Source: Escherichia phage vB_EcoM_JNE01
Direction: 5' to 3' (one strand)
DNA length: 64,000 nt
Sequence record: OR670491
Shown: positions 1-9,674 of the stretch, piece by piece
Layout of the letters: the number at the start of each line of letters is the position of its first letter
Numbering within the stretch: the stretch's first letter is position 1
Translations under genes and position numbers: made by a program
The notes under the pieces: generated by a model
Seen by the model: the letters and a program-made list of their open reading frames with translations, nothing else
Databases searched by the model: none
Told to the model about the DNA's origin: nothing

Positions 1-219
1 GGGTTAGATGTTGGTGAGTTTATTTGGAATGGTGGAGACTGCCACATTTACAAAAACCACGTTGAACAAGTAAAAGAACAACTACTTCGTGAGCCACACG
101 AACTACCAGAATTATGGTTAGATCCTTCAATTACTTCTATCGAAGATTTGAAAATGAATTCATTCAAACTACTGAATTACAATCCAATGGCAACAATCAA
201 AGCACCAATGGCTGTATAA
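1..219 (+). CDS. thyA: thymidylate synthase, C-terminal fragment (5' end outside window)
   Basis: Frame-1 translation GLDVGEFIWNGGDCHIYKNHVEQ...LLNYNPMATIKAPMAV* matches the conserved ThyA C-terminus (GDxHxYxNH ... HPxIKAPxA); stop TAA at 217-219. Confidence 0.85.
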   Translation, partial: GLDVGEFIWNGGDCHIYKNHVEQVKEQLLREPHELPELWLDPSITSIEDLKMNSFKLLNYNPMATIKAPMAV

Positions 220-222
220 ACG

Positions 223-253
223 AAAGGGAGAACATATGTTCTCCCTTTTTTAT
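223..253. terminator. bidirectional intrinsic terminator
   Basis: Perfect 20-nt palindrome GGGAGAACAT/ATGTTCTCCC flanked by A-run upstream and TTTTTT downstream; lies between convergent thyA and the minus-strand fiber gene. Confidence 0.7.
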
Positions 254-2217
254 TATCTTAATGTTACCAATGTTCTTCCAGCAAACCTTACATCAGGTGA
301 AGAAGGGATGCTAAAGACCACGTTAGTGCCGTTAAACGTCACGCTATCGACCTCAACTCGTGTATACACACCAGTACTCACTAGTTCCTGAATCTCTGCT
401 GTAACGATGTTACTGGCTGTTACAGTGAGTGTATAGTAGTCACCACTAAGCACCCATGCAGACGCAGTGAATGGGTCAGTACGAACAGAACCAGAACCGA
501 TTGGAACCCACTGTCCTTGTACTTTTTGCATTGATGTACGTTCGGTGTTGGAGTATGCAATCATACCATCTACACCTACACTGTTATCAATAGTAGCTAG
601 TACTGGTAATTGAATACCATAACGGTTGAAACGTGTACGAATAGTACCATTATCAAGAATAGTTACGTCAGCGTAATTACCCATAGATACTTTTAAATCA
701 GCACTTAGCAATTGAATAGTTGATTGGTTAGCTGTACTTTCTAAAGTAAAGATACCACTTTCCATTAGATTAAGATTTTTGAATCTATTACTTGCAGCAT
801 TGAATACGGTATTAGCTGCAAAAGTACTTACACCATTGATAGTAACTGTATCAGTATTAGCATCACCTAAAACAGTATTACCTTTAACGTTCAGGTTACC
901 ACTTGCTGTAATGTTAGTTACGTTCAAACCACCACTAAGAGTAGTTGCACCATCAACTGTCAAATCACCATGAAGTACTGTAATACCATTTCTAAATTCA
1001 GCTTGAACTTTGTTCATTGAACTTAGTGAGATAATATTACTATCACCACTAATACCTACGTTAGTATTAGTTGCATTATCAAAACGTATAGTTGGAGTAG
1101 CTGCTGGTGTTGTATTTGAATAGTAAAGTACTAATGCACCATTAGTTACACGTACACGTTCAGTTCCATTAGTCGTGAAACCAATAGTATCATCTTGTGG
1201 ATGGAAAATACCAGTATTCGGGTCAGACCATTTGGCTGGATCATTACCTGGGTTTGTTATTGGATCAAATGCGTTATTGTTAAATGACAATGCTGGAGCA
1301 GAGGCTGTACCATATGTTATACCAAAACGACCTGCACCTTTAGTTCCATCGTCATACATGGAATCACCATCACGACGAAGACCTTCAACTGCAATGTTAT
1401 CAAGCATAGTTTGAACAGTACTGGAGTTTTTAACGAACTCACGATTGTTTGCAATCATTACTGTATTATCATATAATACTGAAGCCGCTGCAATACTTGC
1501 TCTTGATTGACGCAAACGAATGTTTTTAGTATCAGTTATAATAATCCAGTCACCATCAGAAAGTGCGGTTTGGTTCATAGGTGAACCACTAGCAAATGCG
1601 TTTGTCAAATCAGTGTCTTGTGCAAGATTAACTAAACCAGTGTGACCTGTGGATGGAATTGAAGCAGTTACAATACGAGCAAATGCATAACTTACTAGTT
1701 TAGAACCAGCAACGATTGGATTGGAATCAACGTAATACATTATTTGAATCCAGTTCCCTTGACCAGTTGGGTTGGTAGGCGTAAATGTTACTGGACTTGT
1801 AGCTGGACTGTTTGCTTCAAAGTGAGCTTGTGCCGCGTCCATGATACCACGAACAACATAATAATCACCTTTAATACTTTCAGCAGGGGCTGGAAGTGGG
1901 CTTTGTGTTAGTGGAGGATCAATATCATCTTCAATAGGTGAATATGTACCAACGAATTGAAGACCACTGGTAATTGAATCAGGTAATTGTGAAGTTAATA
2001 GTTTACCATTGTTATCTAAGTTAGCAAATCTTCTATATGAAACCGTCCCATCTTCAAAATCAAGTACACCTTCAAACGCTTTCCATTCTTGGTTGTATCG
2101 AAACATACCAGACCTGATAACATCAGTTGTTTGTTTAGTTGGTGCTTTAGGTAATTCTAGAAAGGATTTACTATCTATAATTACACCGCCATCACCTCTA
2201 ATTCGATTTATACTCAT
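253..2217 (-). CDS. tail fiber protein (654 aa)
   Basis: Long ORF with GAGGAAA RBS before ATG; Gly/Thr/Asn/Ser-rich beta-structure-type sequence with repetitive VTxNGxxT segments typical of phage fibers; sits in fiber cluster. Confidence 0.6.
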   Translation of the reverse strand: MSINRIRGDGGVIIDSKSFLELPKAPTKQTTDVIRSGMFRYNQEWKAFEGVLDFEDGTVSYRRFANLDNNGKLLTSQLPDSITSGLQFVGTYSPIEDDIDPPLTQSPLPAPAESIKGDYYVVRGIMDAAQAHFEANSPATSPVTFTPTNPTGQGNWIQIMYYVDSNPIVAGSKLVSYAFARIVTASIPSTGHTGLVNLAQDTDLTNAFASGSPMNQTALSDGDWIIITDTKNIRLRQSRASIAAASVLYDNTVMIANNREFVKNSSTVQTMLDNIAVEGLRRDGDSMYDDGTKGAGRFGITYGTASAPALSFNNNAFDPITNPGNDPAKWSDPNTGIFHPQDDTIGFTTNGTERVRVTNGALVLYYSNTTPAATPTIRFDNATNTNVGISGDSNIISLSSMNKVQAEFRNGITVLHGDLTVDGATTLSGGLNVTNITASGNLNVKGNTVLGDANTDTVTINGVSTFAANTVFNAASNRFKNLNLMESGIFTLESTANQSTIQLLSADLKVSMGNYADVTILDNGTIRTRFNRYGIQLPVLATIDNSVGVDGMIAYSNTERTSMQKVQGQWVPIGSGSVRTDPFTASAWVLSGDYYTLTVTASNIVTAEIQELVSTGVYTRVEVDSVTFNGTNVVFSIPSSPDVRFAGRTLVTLR

Positions 2218-2236
2218 GTAATATTTCCTCAGAATA

Positions 2237-2246
2237 GATTTATATA
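2237..2246 (-). promoter_or_regulatory. putative late promoter (TATAAATC on minus strand)
   Basis: Reverse complement reads TATATAAATC about 20 nt upstream of the ATG at 2217; 7/8 match to the T4 late consensus TATAAATA. Confidence 0.45.
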
Positions 2247-2260
2247 TTATGTATTTATTT

Positions 2261-2295
2261 TAGATAAAAGAAAAGGCCAACCATAGTTGACCTTA
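2261..2295 (-). terminator. intrinsic terminator after the 260-aa gene
   Basis: On minus strand AAGGTCAAC-tatg-GTTGGCCTT stem (one G-U pair) followed by TTCTTTTATC. Confidence 0.5.
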
Positions 2296-2308
2296 GAATA
2301 GTTATATA

Positions 2309-3091
2309 TTAACGAGTGCGTTCTGGAATTTCTACCCCTTCATACACCCATTTTGCTGCTAACTGTAGTTGGCGAATAGGTTCATCACCTACATCTTGTA
2401 CTGCATTAATTGCAGAAACTTGTGCATCACATTCAGCGAATACTGCATCAATCATAGCAAACAATTCATCATTTAGTTGAGTCATTTCTGCTGCTGAAAG
2501 AGTTAAAATTGCATCTGCAAGATATAAAGAAACTGATTCTTTACCAGCTTGAACTTGTGTGTAATAGTTTAGAACCATTTGACGACCAGCAATATCAGTT
2601 GGAATTAAATGATCTTTGAACTTATAACCAGCGGTTGAACGTTCAGAACGTGCACTATAGGTTCTTGCTACTAGTTCACTTTGTACATCAATGAAATTTG
2701 AATCCACATAATTGTAAGTTTTAAGAGCAGTTAGTGCTTTATAATCCCCTTGTGCTTCTTCAATAAAAGTAACTTCAGGTTGACTGGAATCTTTTAATTT
2801 GACGAATTCTAGATATTCACCAATTGCGTTAGTATTCCCGACATTTTTATTTTCCAACCACCAGAAACCTTCTTCTTTACGTACATCATCATTTCCTACA
2901 GGAGCCGGAGAGTTAGGAGAAACCGAGATGCCGTATAGTGGACGAATGTCAGAATACATGTTAAAATATTCTTTCCCTTCATCTGGGGTTGCGATAGTGC
3001 GAGGCTTCAATCCTTTTACGTTAACTGGATTGGAAATGATATTTCCGAGTTCGTAATTTTCTTGAGAGCTACCCTTAACAAATGTAAACAT
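2309..3091 (-). CDS. hypothetical protein between fiber genes (possible fiber assembly or accessory protein)
   Basis: ORF track 2309..3100 begins at GTG; an ATG three codons downstream (MFTFVKG...) is preceded by AAGGTGG RBS, so start placed at 3091; no recognisable motif. Confidence 0.55.
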   Translation of the reverse strand: MFTFVKGSSQENYELGNIISNPVNVKGLKPRTIATPDEGKEYFNMYSDIRPLYGISVSPNSPAPVGNDDVRKEEGFWWLENKNVGNTNAIGEYLEFVKLKDSSQPEVTFIEEAQGDYKALTALKTYNYVDSNFIDVQSELVARTYSARSERSTAGYKFKDHLIPTDIAGRQMVLNYYTQVQAGKESVSLYLADAILTLSAAEMTQLNDELFAMIDAVFAECDAQVSAINAVQDVGDEPIRQLQLAAKWVYEGVEIPERTR

Positions 3092-3125
3092 ATAAACCAC
3101 CTTATTTTATTTTTTTTTGAATTAG

Positions 3126-3166
3126 TATCGAAAAACCAGTACTGATCATTGTGACCAGTACTGGGG
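3126..3166 (-). terminator. intrinsic terminator after giant fiber A
   Basis: Two copies of the palindrome CCAGTACTG(G) separated by 10 nt form a stem; on minus strand followed by TTTTTCG. Confidence 0.45.
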
Positions 3167-3173
3167 ACATCAA

Positions 3174-6100
3174 TTATGAAGTACGTTGAGCAATAAACAA
3201 GTCAATAACGTTACTTACACCATCATATACTGCTTGGTAGATAGTAACACTGTTCGCTGCTAGGTTCTGTTCACCATCCACAATAGAGTAAGATGGGTCA
3301 GCAGTTAGTACACGGTTACCAGTTGCATCTTGCTTCGCATACATGAAGATAGATGCAGCTTTACCACCACCAATCAGGCCAGCAATTGGTGCTAGTGTGG
3401 TGTTCTGGTCTAGAGTGATAAAGTACACACTAGTAGAGCCATCAGGAGTCCATGTACCAGCCGGAGCAACAGTACTGGAAGTAACTTGTGATGGGATAAC
3501 ATCATACTTCTTAGTAGTTACAGAAGTAGTTACAAAGTTAGCTTCGTCAGTAGTGAATACACCAGCAACTTCAATACCTTTTTCGAAAGTAGCTTTCTCA
3601 ATGAAAGTACTTGTTCCGTTAACTGTGATAACATCTGCTGCTGCATCACCTAGTGTTACGCTACCAGTGGTAGTTAGTGCACCAGATATATTTACAGCCG
3701 CTAGGGTACTTGTACCAGTTACTGCTAGAGTTGAACCGATTGTTGCAGTGCCAGAAGTTGTTAGGTTAGTAACAGAAGCTTCTGCTAGTGTTGCTTTACC
3801 AGTTACACCTAGTGTACCACCAACAGTTGCTGCACCAGTTACGCCTAAAGTAGTTCCAACAGTTACTGCACCAGTGAAGGTTCCACCAACACCACTTACG
3901 TTACCACTGAACTCACCATCAACGCCTTTAACTTTACCAGTACTGGTGATTGCACCAGAACCTAAAGTACCAGTGATTGTCGCTGCTCCACCAACTGTTA
4001 AGTTACCAGTTGATTGCATTGAACCACCTTTAACTAGGTTAGTACTTGTTAGTGATTTAACGTTTACATCAGCATTTGATTGGTCAACGTTGGCATATAG
4101 AACACCACCAACTGTAAAGTTACCAGTAGTAACAACGTTACCGTTAACTGTTAAGTTGTTGTTTTGTGATCCAACTGCACCAAATGTACCAGAGTTTGCA
4201 ATAACTGCTGCGTCAGTTGAAATGTTACCAACTGCGGATAGAGTTGCAGAAGCTTCAATTGCATATGGTTCTAGTGTTTGACCACTTACGTCGATATCGG
4301 CGTTAATGCCACCTTCAACACGTAGTTTACCAGCAATAAAAGTATCAGGGAAAATCTGAACAGTTTCAGGTTGTTCACCAACTTTAACACCAACTACTAG
4401 GTTTGCACCAGTTTTAACTGTACCAGTTTCTAGTGAACCAGAAGTTACTTTGCCAGTTACTTTTGCATCAGCAGCTACAGTTAGTGCATCACCGGAAGCG
4501 GAGGACAATGCCAATGATGGAGCAGAAACAGCACCAGTTACACCTAAAGTGCCACCAACAGTTGCGTTACTTGTTACACCTAGTGTACCACCGAATGTAC
4601 CGTTTGTATCACTGTGGATAGCAGCAGAAGTAGACAAACTCTTCGCAACGATATCAGATGTTGTTAGGTCTAAACCACCAGCAGGAGTAAATGTACCGCT
4701 TACTGTTAGGTCATTAGTGAAAGATGAATTACCAGCCATAGTTAAACCAGCAGTACCAACAATACTTGTTGCAGAAACTGCACCAGTATCTAGTGAACCA
4801 GTTGTTGCTTTACCAGTTACACCTAAAGTATTACCTAAAGTAACAGCACCAGTTGTAGATAAAGTACCAGCTACAATTGCATTACCTTTAACATCAAGAC
4901 CAGTACCAGAAGCATTGGACAATGTTAGGGACGGAGCAGAAACTGCACCAGTTACACCTAGTGTACCAGCGATAGTTGAGTCACCACCAATAGTTGCCCC
5001 CGCAGTGCTCTTAATTGTGGTTGCCACGTCAAGGCTGTTTGCAGTAATATCAGAAGTAGATAGATCCAAACCACCCACTGGAGTGAATACACCGTTAACC
5101 GTTACAGCATCAGCAAATGTTGCAGCACCAGTTACACCTAGTGTACTACTAAATGTTCCAGATGTTGCAGAAACTGCACCAGTATCTAACGAACCAGTAG
5201 TTGCTTTACCTGTTACACCAAGAGTACCACCAACAGTTTGATTTCCGGTAACAGTAAGAGTCCCAGTTTGTGCATCAACAGTTGTGATTTTACCTGAACC
5301 ACTGATATCAGTAGTAGATACACCACCACTTAGAGTACTCAAACCAGTTGCTTTTAGGGTTGTCGCAACATCAAGACTGTTTGCTGTAATGTCTGCACCA
5401 CTTAGATCCAAACCACCTTCAGGAATAAATTCACCTTTAACAGTTAGTTTTTGAACTACTGAATCACCAGTTACGGTTAGAGCAGAAGAAGTTAAACCAC
5501 CGTTCAAAGTTGCTGCACCAGTAACACCAAGTGTACCACCGACAGCCGCATTAGAAGTTACTGAAGCGTTTTCTAGAGTTGCAGTACCGGAGATATTTGC
5601 ACCTTGTGCAGTGATACTACCAGTATCAACACGTACACCACCAGCTACAACTTGAATACCACCTGTATTAACAGTTAGTTTATTACCAACAGTTGCTGCA
5701 CCAGTTAGAGTGCTTGTACCAGCTACAGACAAGTTACCGGAAACGGCTGGGCTACCAGTTACATTACCAGTTGTTAGAACTAGATCAGCACCAACAGTAG
5801 TATTACCGACAGAAGCTAAAGTGTTTGCAGTTACATCAGAAGCAGATAGGTCAAATGTACCAGCTACTACCAAGTCACCACCGATATTTGCACCACCAGT
5901 AGTAGTGATTGATTTAGCACTAACATCAGTTGTTGCTAGGTCAATTGCACCTGGAGTTACAGTTCCGGTTACAGTTAAATCACCTGTTACTTTAGTGTTG
6001 CTTGCAATTTCCACACCAGTTTCGTTAGAAATGGTTGGAGTTACCAAGGAAACAGCAGTTGCTTGACCAGATACTGTTAGTGAAGTTCCAATTACTGCAT

Positions 6101-9100
6101 CTGCACTTGTGCGTAGACTTGTTAGAATTGATGGACCTTCAACAGATAGCTCAGTTGCATTAACTGCATTAATAGTTGCAGTAGTAGATTTAAGTACTGG
6201 AAGTACGTTAGCATTAACTAAGTCAGTACTTTGAATAATACCAGCAGAAGATAGTGATTTAACACTAACATCAGCAGCACTAAGATCAACAGTGCCAGCT
6301 ACTACTAAGTTACCACCAATGTTTGCACCTTCGGTTGTTGTAATAGATTTAGCACTAACATCAGTAGTGGTTAGGTCAATAGAACCTGGAGTTACGGAAC
6401 CAGTCACTACTAGATTACCAGTTACGGTAGTGTCGTTTTTAATTTCAACACCAGCAGCATTTGCAATTGATGGAGTAGTTAGTGAACCAACGGTAGCATT
6501 ACCAGTTACATCAAGAGTAGTACCCACAGATACTGCACCAGTAGCATCGAGTGAAGCTACATTAGATGCACCACTAACATTTAGTGCGGTTACATTTGCA
6601 GTTCCAACAGTTGCTGTGGTACTATTAAGTACTGGAAGTACGTTTGCATCAGTTGCGTTAGTAGAAGTTACAATACCTGGAGTAGTTAAAGATTTAACAC
6701 TAACGTCTGCTGCACTAAGATCAACTGTACCAGCTACTACTAAGTTGCCACCGATAGATGCACCAGCAGTTGTAGATATGGATTGAGCACTAACATCAGT
6801 CGTTGATAGATCAATTGCACCTGGGGTAAGTGTACCAGTGACAGTTACATTATCAGTAAAAGTAGTGTTACCGTTAATAGTTGGTGAAGTTAGAGTTCCA
6901 GTTGATAATGAACCAGTAGTTGCTGCACCAGTTAAATTCATAGAAGAACCAGCGATAGCTACACCTTCGATATTACCAGTTACTTTCAAAGAAGAACCAG
7001 AAATAGCTGCTGCACTAACGTTACCAGTTGCAGTGATTGCACCAGCACTTACATCGGCTAGGGTACTTGCACCAGCAACACTTAGGGTTGTGGTTACATC
7101 AACTTTATTAGGAGCAATATCAAGACCATCAACGTTAGCATCTGCTACAACACCAGTTGTAGTTCCAGTTACTACTAGGTCTTTAACTGTTACTGTTTGA
7201 CCAGTTACTGTCACATTCCCGCTAAATGCACCCGCTGCACCACTTACATCACCACTGAATGTACCGTTCACACCACTTACATTACCAGTAAATGTACCAT
7301 CAACACCGCTCACATTACCACTGAACTCACCACCAACGCCTTTTACGTTACCAGTACTGGTAATTGCTCCAGAGTTTAGTGCTCCAGTCACGTTAGCAGT
7401 TCCACCAACGAGTAAGTTAGCATTAATAGTTGCACCACCAGTTGATTCTAATGATGAAGATTTAATTTCACCAGCCGCAATAACGGAATTAGGTGTTAAA
7501 TCCTGACCACTCACATCAACTGTTAGACCAGTTACGACACCAGTGAAGTCTACATCATTAAGAATGGTTTTACCATTAACTTTTAGACGAGGTGTTGCTG
7601 GGCTTTGTGTTGAGTTACCTAGAATTTCTACATAATCTAATTTGTTTAGACCTTTACCTGTAATACCATAGGTCGCAAGAGACTCATCACCAAAAGTTGC
7701 AGTTTTTTGTACAGTAAGAGTTACCGGAGCCATAGATTCAGACTGGATTTCGTTCTGTAGTAGAACTGTTGGACGTTGACCTGCTGCGGAATAACCAAAA
7801 CCTAGTTTAACGTCAGCATTTGCAACGTTTTGACCAAGGGTAATGGCTTTAACAGTTGCAGTTGTGTTGTTACCAGTGATGTTTGCACCTAATGTAACTG
7901 CTCCGTTAAGACCAGTAGCACCACTTACGTTCAAACTGGTAGCCTGGATATCATCTAAATCAAATGTACCACCTAATGTTCCAGAAACATTGATGTTATT
8001 GAAGTTTGCAGTACCAGTACTTTCAATATTAGGTAATGTTGCAGTTCCAGTTACTTCTAAATCAGTGACCTTAGTTAGTCCTTTGGTTACTTCGAGTAAA
8101 GGAGTACTAGGATCTTGTGTTAAGTTACCACTAATAGTTACATAATCTAATTTGTTTAGACCTTTACTTGCGATACTATAGGTGGAAAGAGATTCATCAC
8201 CAAACGTCGCACTTTTTAGTACGTTTAGGTTAGTTGGTGACATTAATTCGGTTTGAATTTCGTTTTGTAGAACTACAGTTGGGCGAAGCCCTGCCGCTGA
8301 ATATGTAAAACTCAAGCGATCAGTACTACTTGCTGCGTTAGCACCCAATTTAATGTCTTTGAATGTCGCAGTTGTATTGATACCAGTGATGTTTGCACCT
8401 AATGTAACTGCTCCGTTAAGACCAGAAGCACCACTTACGTTCAATGAAGTTGCATTAATGTCATCAAGACTGAATGTACCACCAAGAACACCATTTATGT
8501 TAATATCATTGAAGTTAGCTGTACCAGTACTTTCAATATTAGGAATAGTAGCAGAACCAGTTACTTCGAAATCAGTTACTTTAGTTAAACCTTTAGTAAC
8601 TTCAAGTAAAGGAGTAGTTGGTGATTGAACTGTGTTACCACTAATAGATACATAATCTAATTTGTTTAGACCTTTACCTGTGATACCGTAAGTATCGAGA
8701 GACTCATCACCAAATGTTGCAGTTTTGAGTACGTTTAGGTTTGTTGGTGACATTAATTCAGATTGAATTTCGTTCTGTAGAACAACTGTAGGTCGTTGAC
8801 CTGATGCTGAATAGGTAAAACTCAAGCGATAAGTACTGCTTGCTGAGTTTGCACCCAATTTAATGTCTTTGAATGTCGCAGTACTATTGATACCAGTAAC
8901 GTTAGCACCAAATGTAACAGCACCTTGTAAACCAGAAGCACCACTTACGTTCAATGTAGTTGCATTAATGTCATCAAGGCTGAATGTACCGCCTAGTGTA
9001 CCACTAATATTAACATCTTTGAAGTTTGCTGTACCAGTGCCAGTGATAGTTTCACTAGAAATTGCAGTGATTGTTGCTTCATTTGCAGTTAATTTATCAA

Positions 9101-9536
9101 AAGCAGCAGTTGTGCCTACACCAGCAGTGATGTTACCATCAAATTGTGTAGTTCCGGTGACTTCTAATTGGTCAACTGTTGTGTTTTTAAGAACAGCAGA
9201 ACCAGCAGTTTGATTAATATCGTTGGCAAATGACGCAGTGCCGTTAAAAGATGCATTGGAGTTAACAGTTGCAGTATCAGAACCGACAACAGCATCACCA
9301 ATTACAGAATTACCTTTAATATCTACGCCACCATTAAGAGATGCTTTACCAGCTACGTCTAGGGTAGAAGTGATATTAGCAGTTGCTGCTTCAATTGCAG
9401 TAAATGTTGCATTTGCGAAAGAAACTGTACCATTTACGGTTACATTTTTCTCAAATACAGCATTACCTTTAACCAAAAGATCTTTATTTACCGTAGCACC
9501 ACCAGTAACATCTAGATCCGTCTTTATAGAGTACAT
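3174..9536 (-). CDS. giant tail fiber protein A (2120 aa), paralog of the fiber at 9675..14561
   Basis: Single ORF; N-terminus MYSIKTDLDVTGG... and C-terminus ...TLDQNTTLAPIAGLIG...FIAQR shared with neighbouring gene; Thr/Gly/Val/Ser-rich repetitive beta-type sequence; three tandem ~170-aa repeats; GGAGGG RBS. Confidence 0.8.
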   Translation of the reverse strand: MYSIKTDLDVTGGATVNKDLLVKGNAVFEKNVTVNGTVSFANATFTAIEAATANITSTLDVAGKASLNGGVDIKGNSVIGDAVVGSDTATVNSNASFNGTASFANDINQTAGSAVLKNTTVDQLEVTGTTQFDGNITAGVGTTAAFDKLTANEATITAISSETITGTGTANFKDVNISGTLGGTFSLDDINATTLNVSGASGLQGAVTFGANVTGINSTATFKDIKLGANSASSTYRLSFTYSASGQRPTVVLQNEIQSELMSPTNLNVLKTATFGDESLDTYGITGKGLNKLDYVSISGNTVQSPTTPLLEVTKGLTKVTDFEVTGSATIPNIESTGTANFNDININGVLGGTFSLDDINATSLNVSGASGLNGAVTLGANITGINTTATFKDIKLGANAASSTDRLSFTYSAAGLRPTVVLQNEIQTELMSPTNLNVLKSATFGDESLSTYSIASKGLNKLDYVTISGNLTQDPSTPLLEVTKGLTKVTDLEVTGTATLPNIESTGTANFNNINVSGTLGGTFDLDDIQATSLNVSGATGLNGAVTLGANITGNNTTATVKAITLGQNVANADVKLGFGYSAAGQRPTVLLQNEIQSESMAPVTLTVQKTATFGDESLATYGITGKGLNKLDYVEILGNSTQSPATPRLKVNGKTILNDVDFTGVVTGLTVDVSGQDLTPNSVIAAGEIKSSSLESTGGATINANLLVGGTANVTGALNSGAITSTGNVKGVGGEFSGNVSGVDGTFTGNVSGVNGTFSGDVSGAAGAFSGNVTVTGQTVTVKDLVVTGTTTGVVADANVDGLDIAPNKVDVTTTLSVAGASTLADVSAGAITATGNVSAAAISGSSLKVTGNIEGVAIAGSSMNLTGAATTGSLSTGTLTSPTINGNTTFTDNVTVTGTLTPGAIDLSTTDVSAQSISTTAGASIGGNLVVAGTVDLSAADVSVKSLTTPGIVTSTNATDANVLPVLNSTTATVGTANVTALNVSGASNVASLDATGAVSVGTTLDVTGNATVGSLTTPSIANAAGVEIKNDTTVTGNLVVTGSVTPGSIDLTTTDVSAKSITTTEGANIGGNLVVAGTVDLSAADVSVKSLSSAGIIQSTDLVNANVLPVLKSTTATINAVNATELSVEGPSILTSLRTSADAVIGTSLTVSGQATAVSLVTPTISNETGVEIASNTKVTGDLTVTGTVTPGAIDLATTDVSAKSITTTGGANIGGDLVVAGTFDLSASDVTANTLASVGNTTVGADLVLTTGNVTGSPAVSGNLSVAGTSTLTGAATVGNKLTVNTGGIQVVAGGVRVDTGSITAQGANISGTATLENASVTSNAAVGGTLGVTGAATLNGGLTSSALTVTGDSVVQKLTVKGEFIPEGGLDLSGADITANSLDVATTLKATGLSTLSGGVSTTDISGSGKITTVDAQTGTLTVTGNQTVGGTLGVTGKATTGSLDTGAVSATSGTFSSTLGVTGAATFADAVTVNGVFTPVGGLDLSTSDITANSLDVATTIKSTAGATIGGDSTIAGTLGVTGAVSAPSLTLSNASGTGLDVKGNAIVAGTLSTTGAVTLGNTLGVTGKATTGSLDTGAVSATSIVGTAGLTMAGNSSFTNDLTVSGTFTPAGGLDLTTSDIVAKSLSTSAAIHSDTNGTFGGTLGVTSNATVGGTLGVTGAVSAPSLALSSASGDALTVAADAKVTGKVTSGSLETGTVKTGANLVVGVKVGEQPETVQIFPDTFIAGKLRVEGGINADIDVSGQTLEPYAIEASATLSAVGNISTDAAVIANSGTFGAVGSQNNNLTVNGNVVTTGNFTVGGVLYANVDQSNADVNVKSLTSTNLVKGGSMQSTGNLTVGGAATITGTLGSGAITSTGKVKGVDGEFSGNVSGVGGTFTGAVTVGTTLGVTGAATVGGTLGVTGKATLAEASVTNLTTSGTATIGSTLAVTGTSTLAAVNISGALTTTGSVTLGDAAADVITVNGTSTFIEKATFEKGIEVAGVFTTDEANFVTTSVTTKKYDVIPSQVTSSTVAPAGTWTPDGSTSVYFITLDQNTTLAPIAGLIGGGKAASIFMYAKQDATGNRVLTADPSYSIVDGEQNLAANSVTIYQAVYDGVSNVIDLFIAQRTS
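7470..9040. repeat. three tandem ~510-bp coding repeats inside fiber A
   Basis: Motif CATAATCTAATTTGTTTAGACC recurs at about 7631, 8141 and 8651 (period 510); encoded protein repeats TGTANFxDxNxSGxLGGTFxLDDI... x3. Confidence 0.8.
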
Positions 9537-9575
9537 ATAGTTCCCTCCATTTTGGGTTATTAAAATACCATGTTT

Positions 9576-9592
9576 ATGTTTATATATTTAGT
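9576..9592 (-). promoter_or_regulatory. putative late promoter of fiber A (CTAAATATATAAAC)
   Basis: Minus strand reads AACTAAATATATAAACA 40-50 nt upstream of ATG; same block found upstream of fiber B. Confidence 0.4.
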
Positions 9593-9629
9593 TGAATTAA
9601 TTGTTTTGGAACTCTCAAAGATAATTATT

Positions 9630-9663
9630 TAGGGAAAAGAAAAAGCCAACACGAGGTTGGCTT
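9630..9663 (-). terminator. intrinsic terminator after fiber B
   Basis: AGCCAAC-loop-GTTGGCT hairpin; minus strand then TTTTTCTTTT. Confidence 0.6.
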
Positions 9664-9674
9664 TCTTTTATTTG

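Noticed and set aside
7470-9040. Regularly spaced repeats that might suggest a CRISPR array
   Set aside because: Repeat units are ~510 bp, in frame within a protein-coding gene and encode repeated protein domains; no short direct repeats with unique spacers
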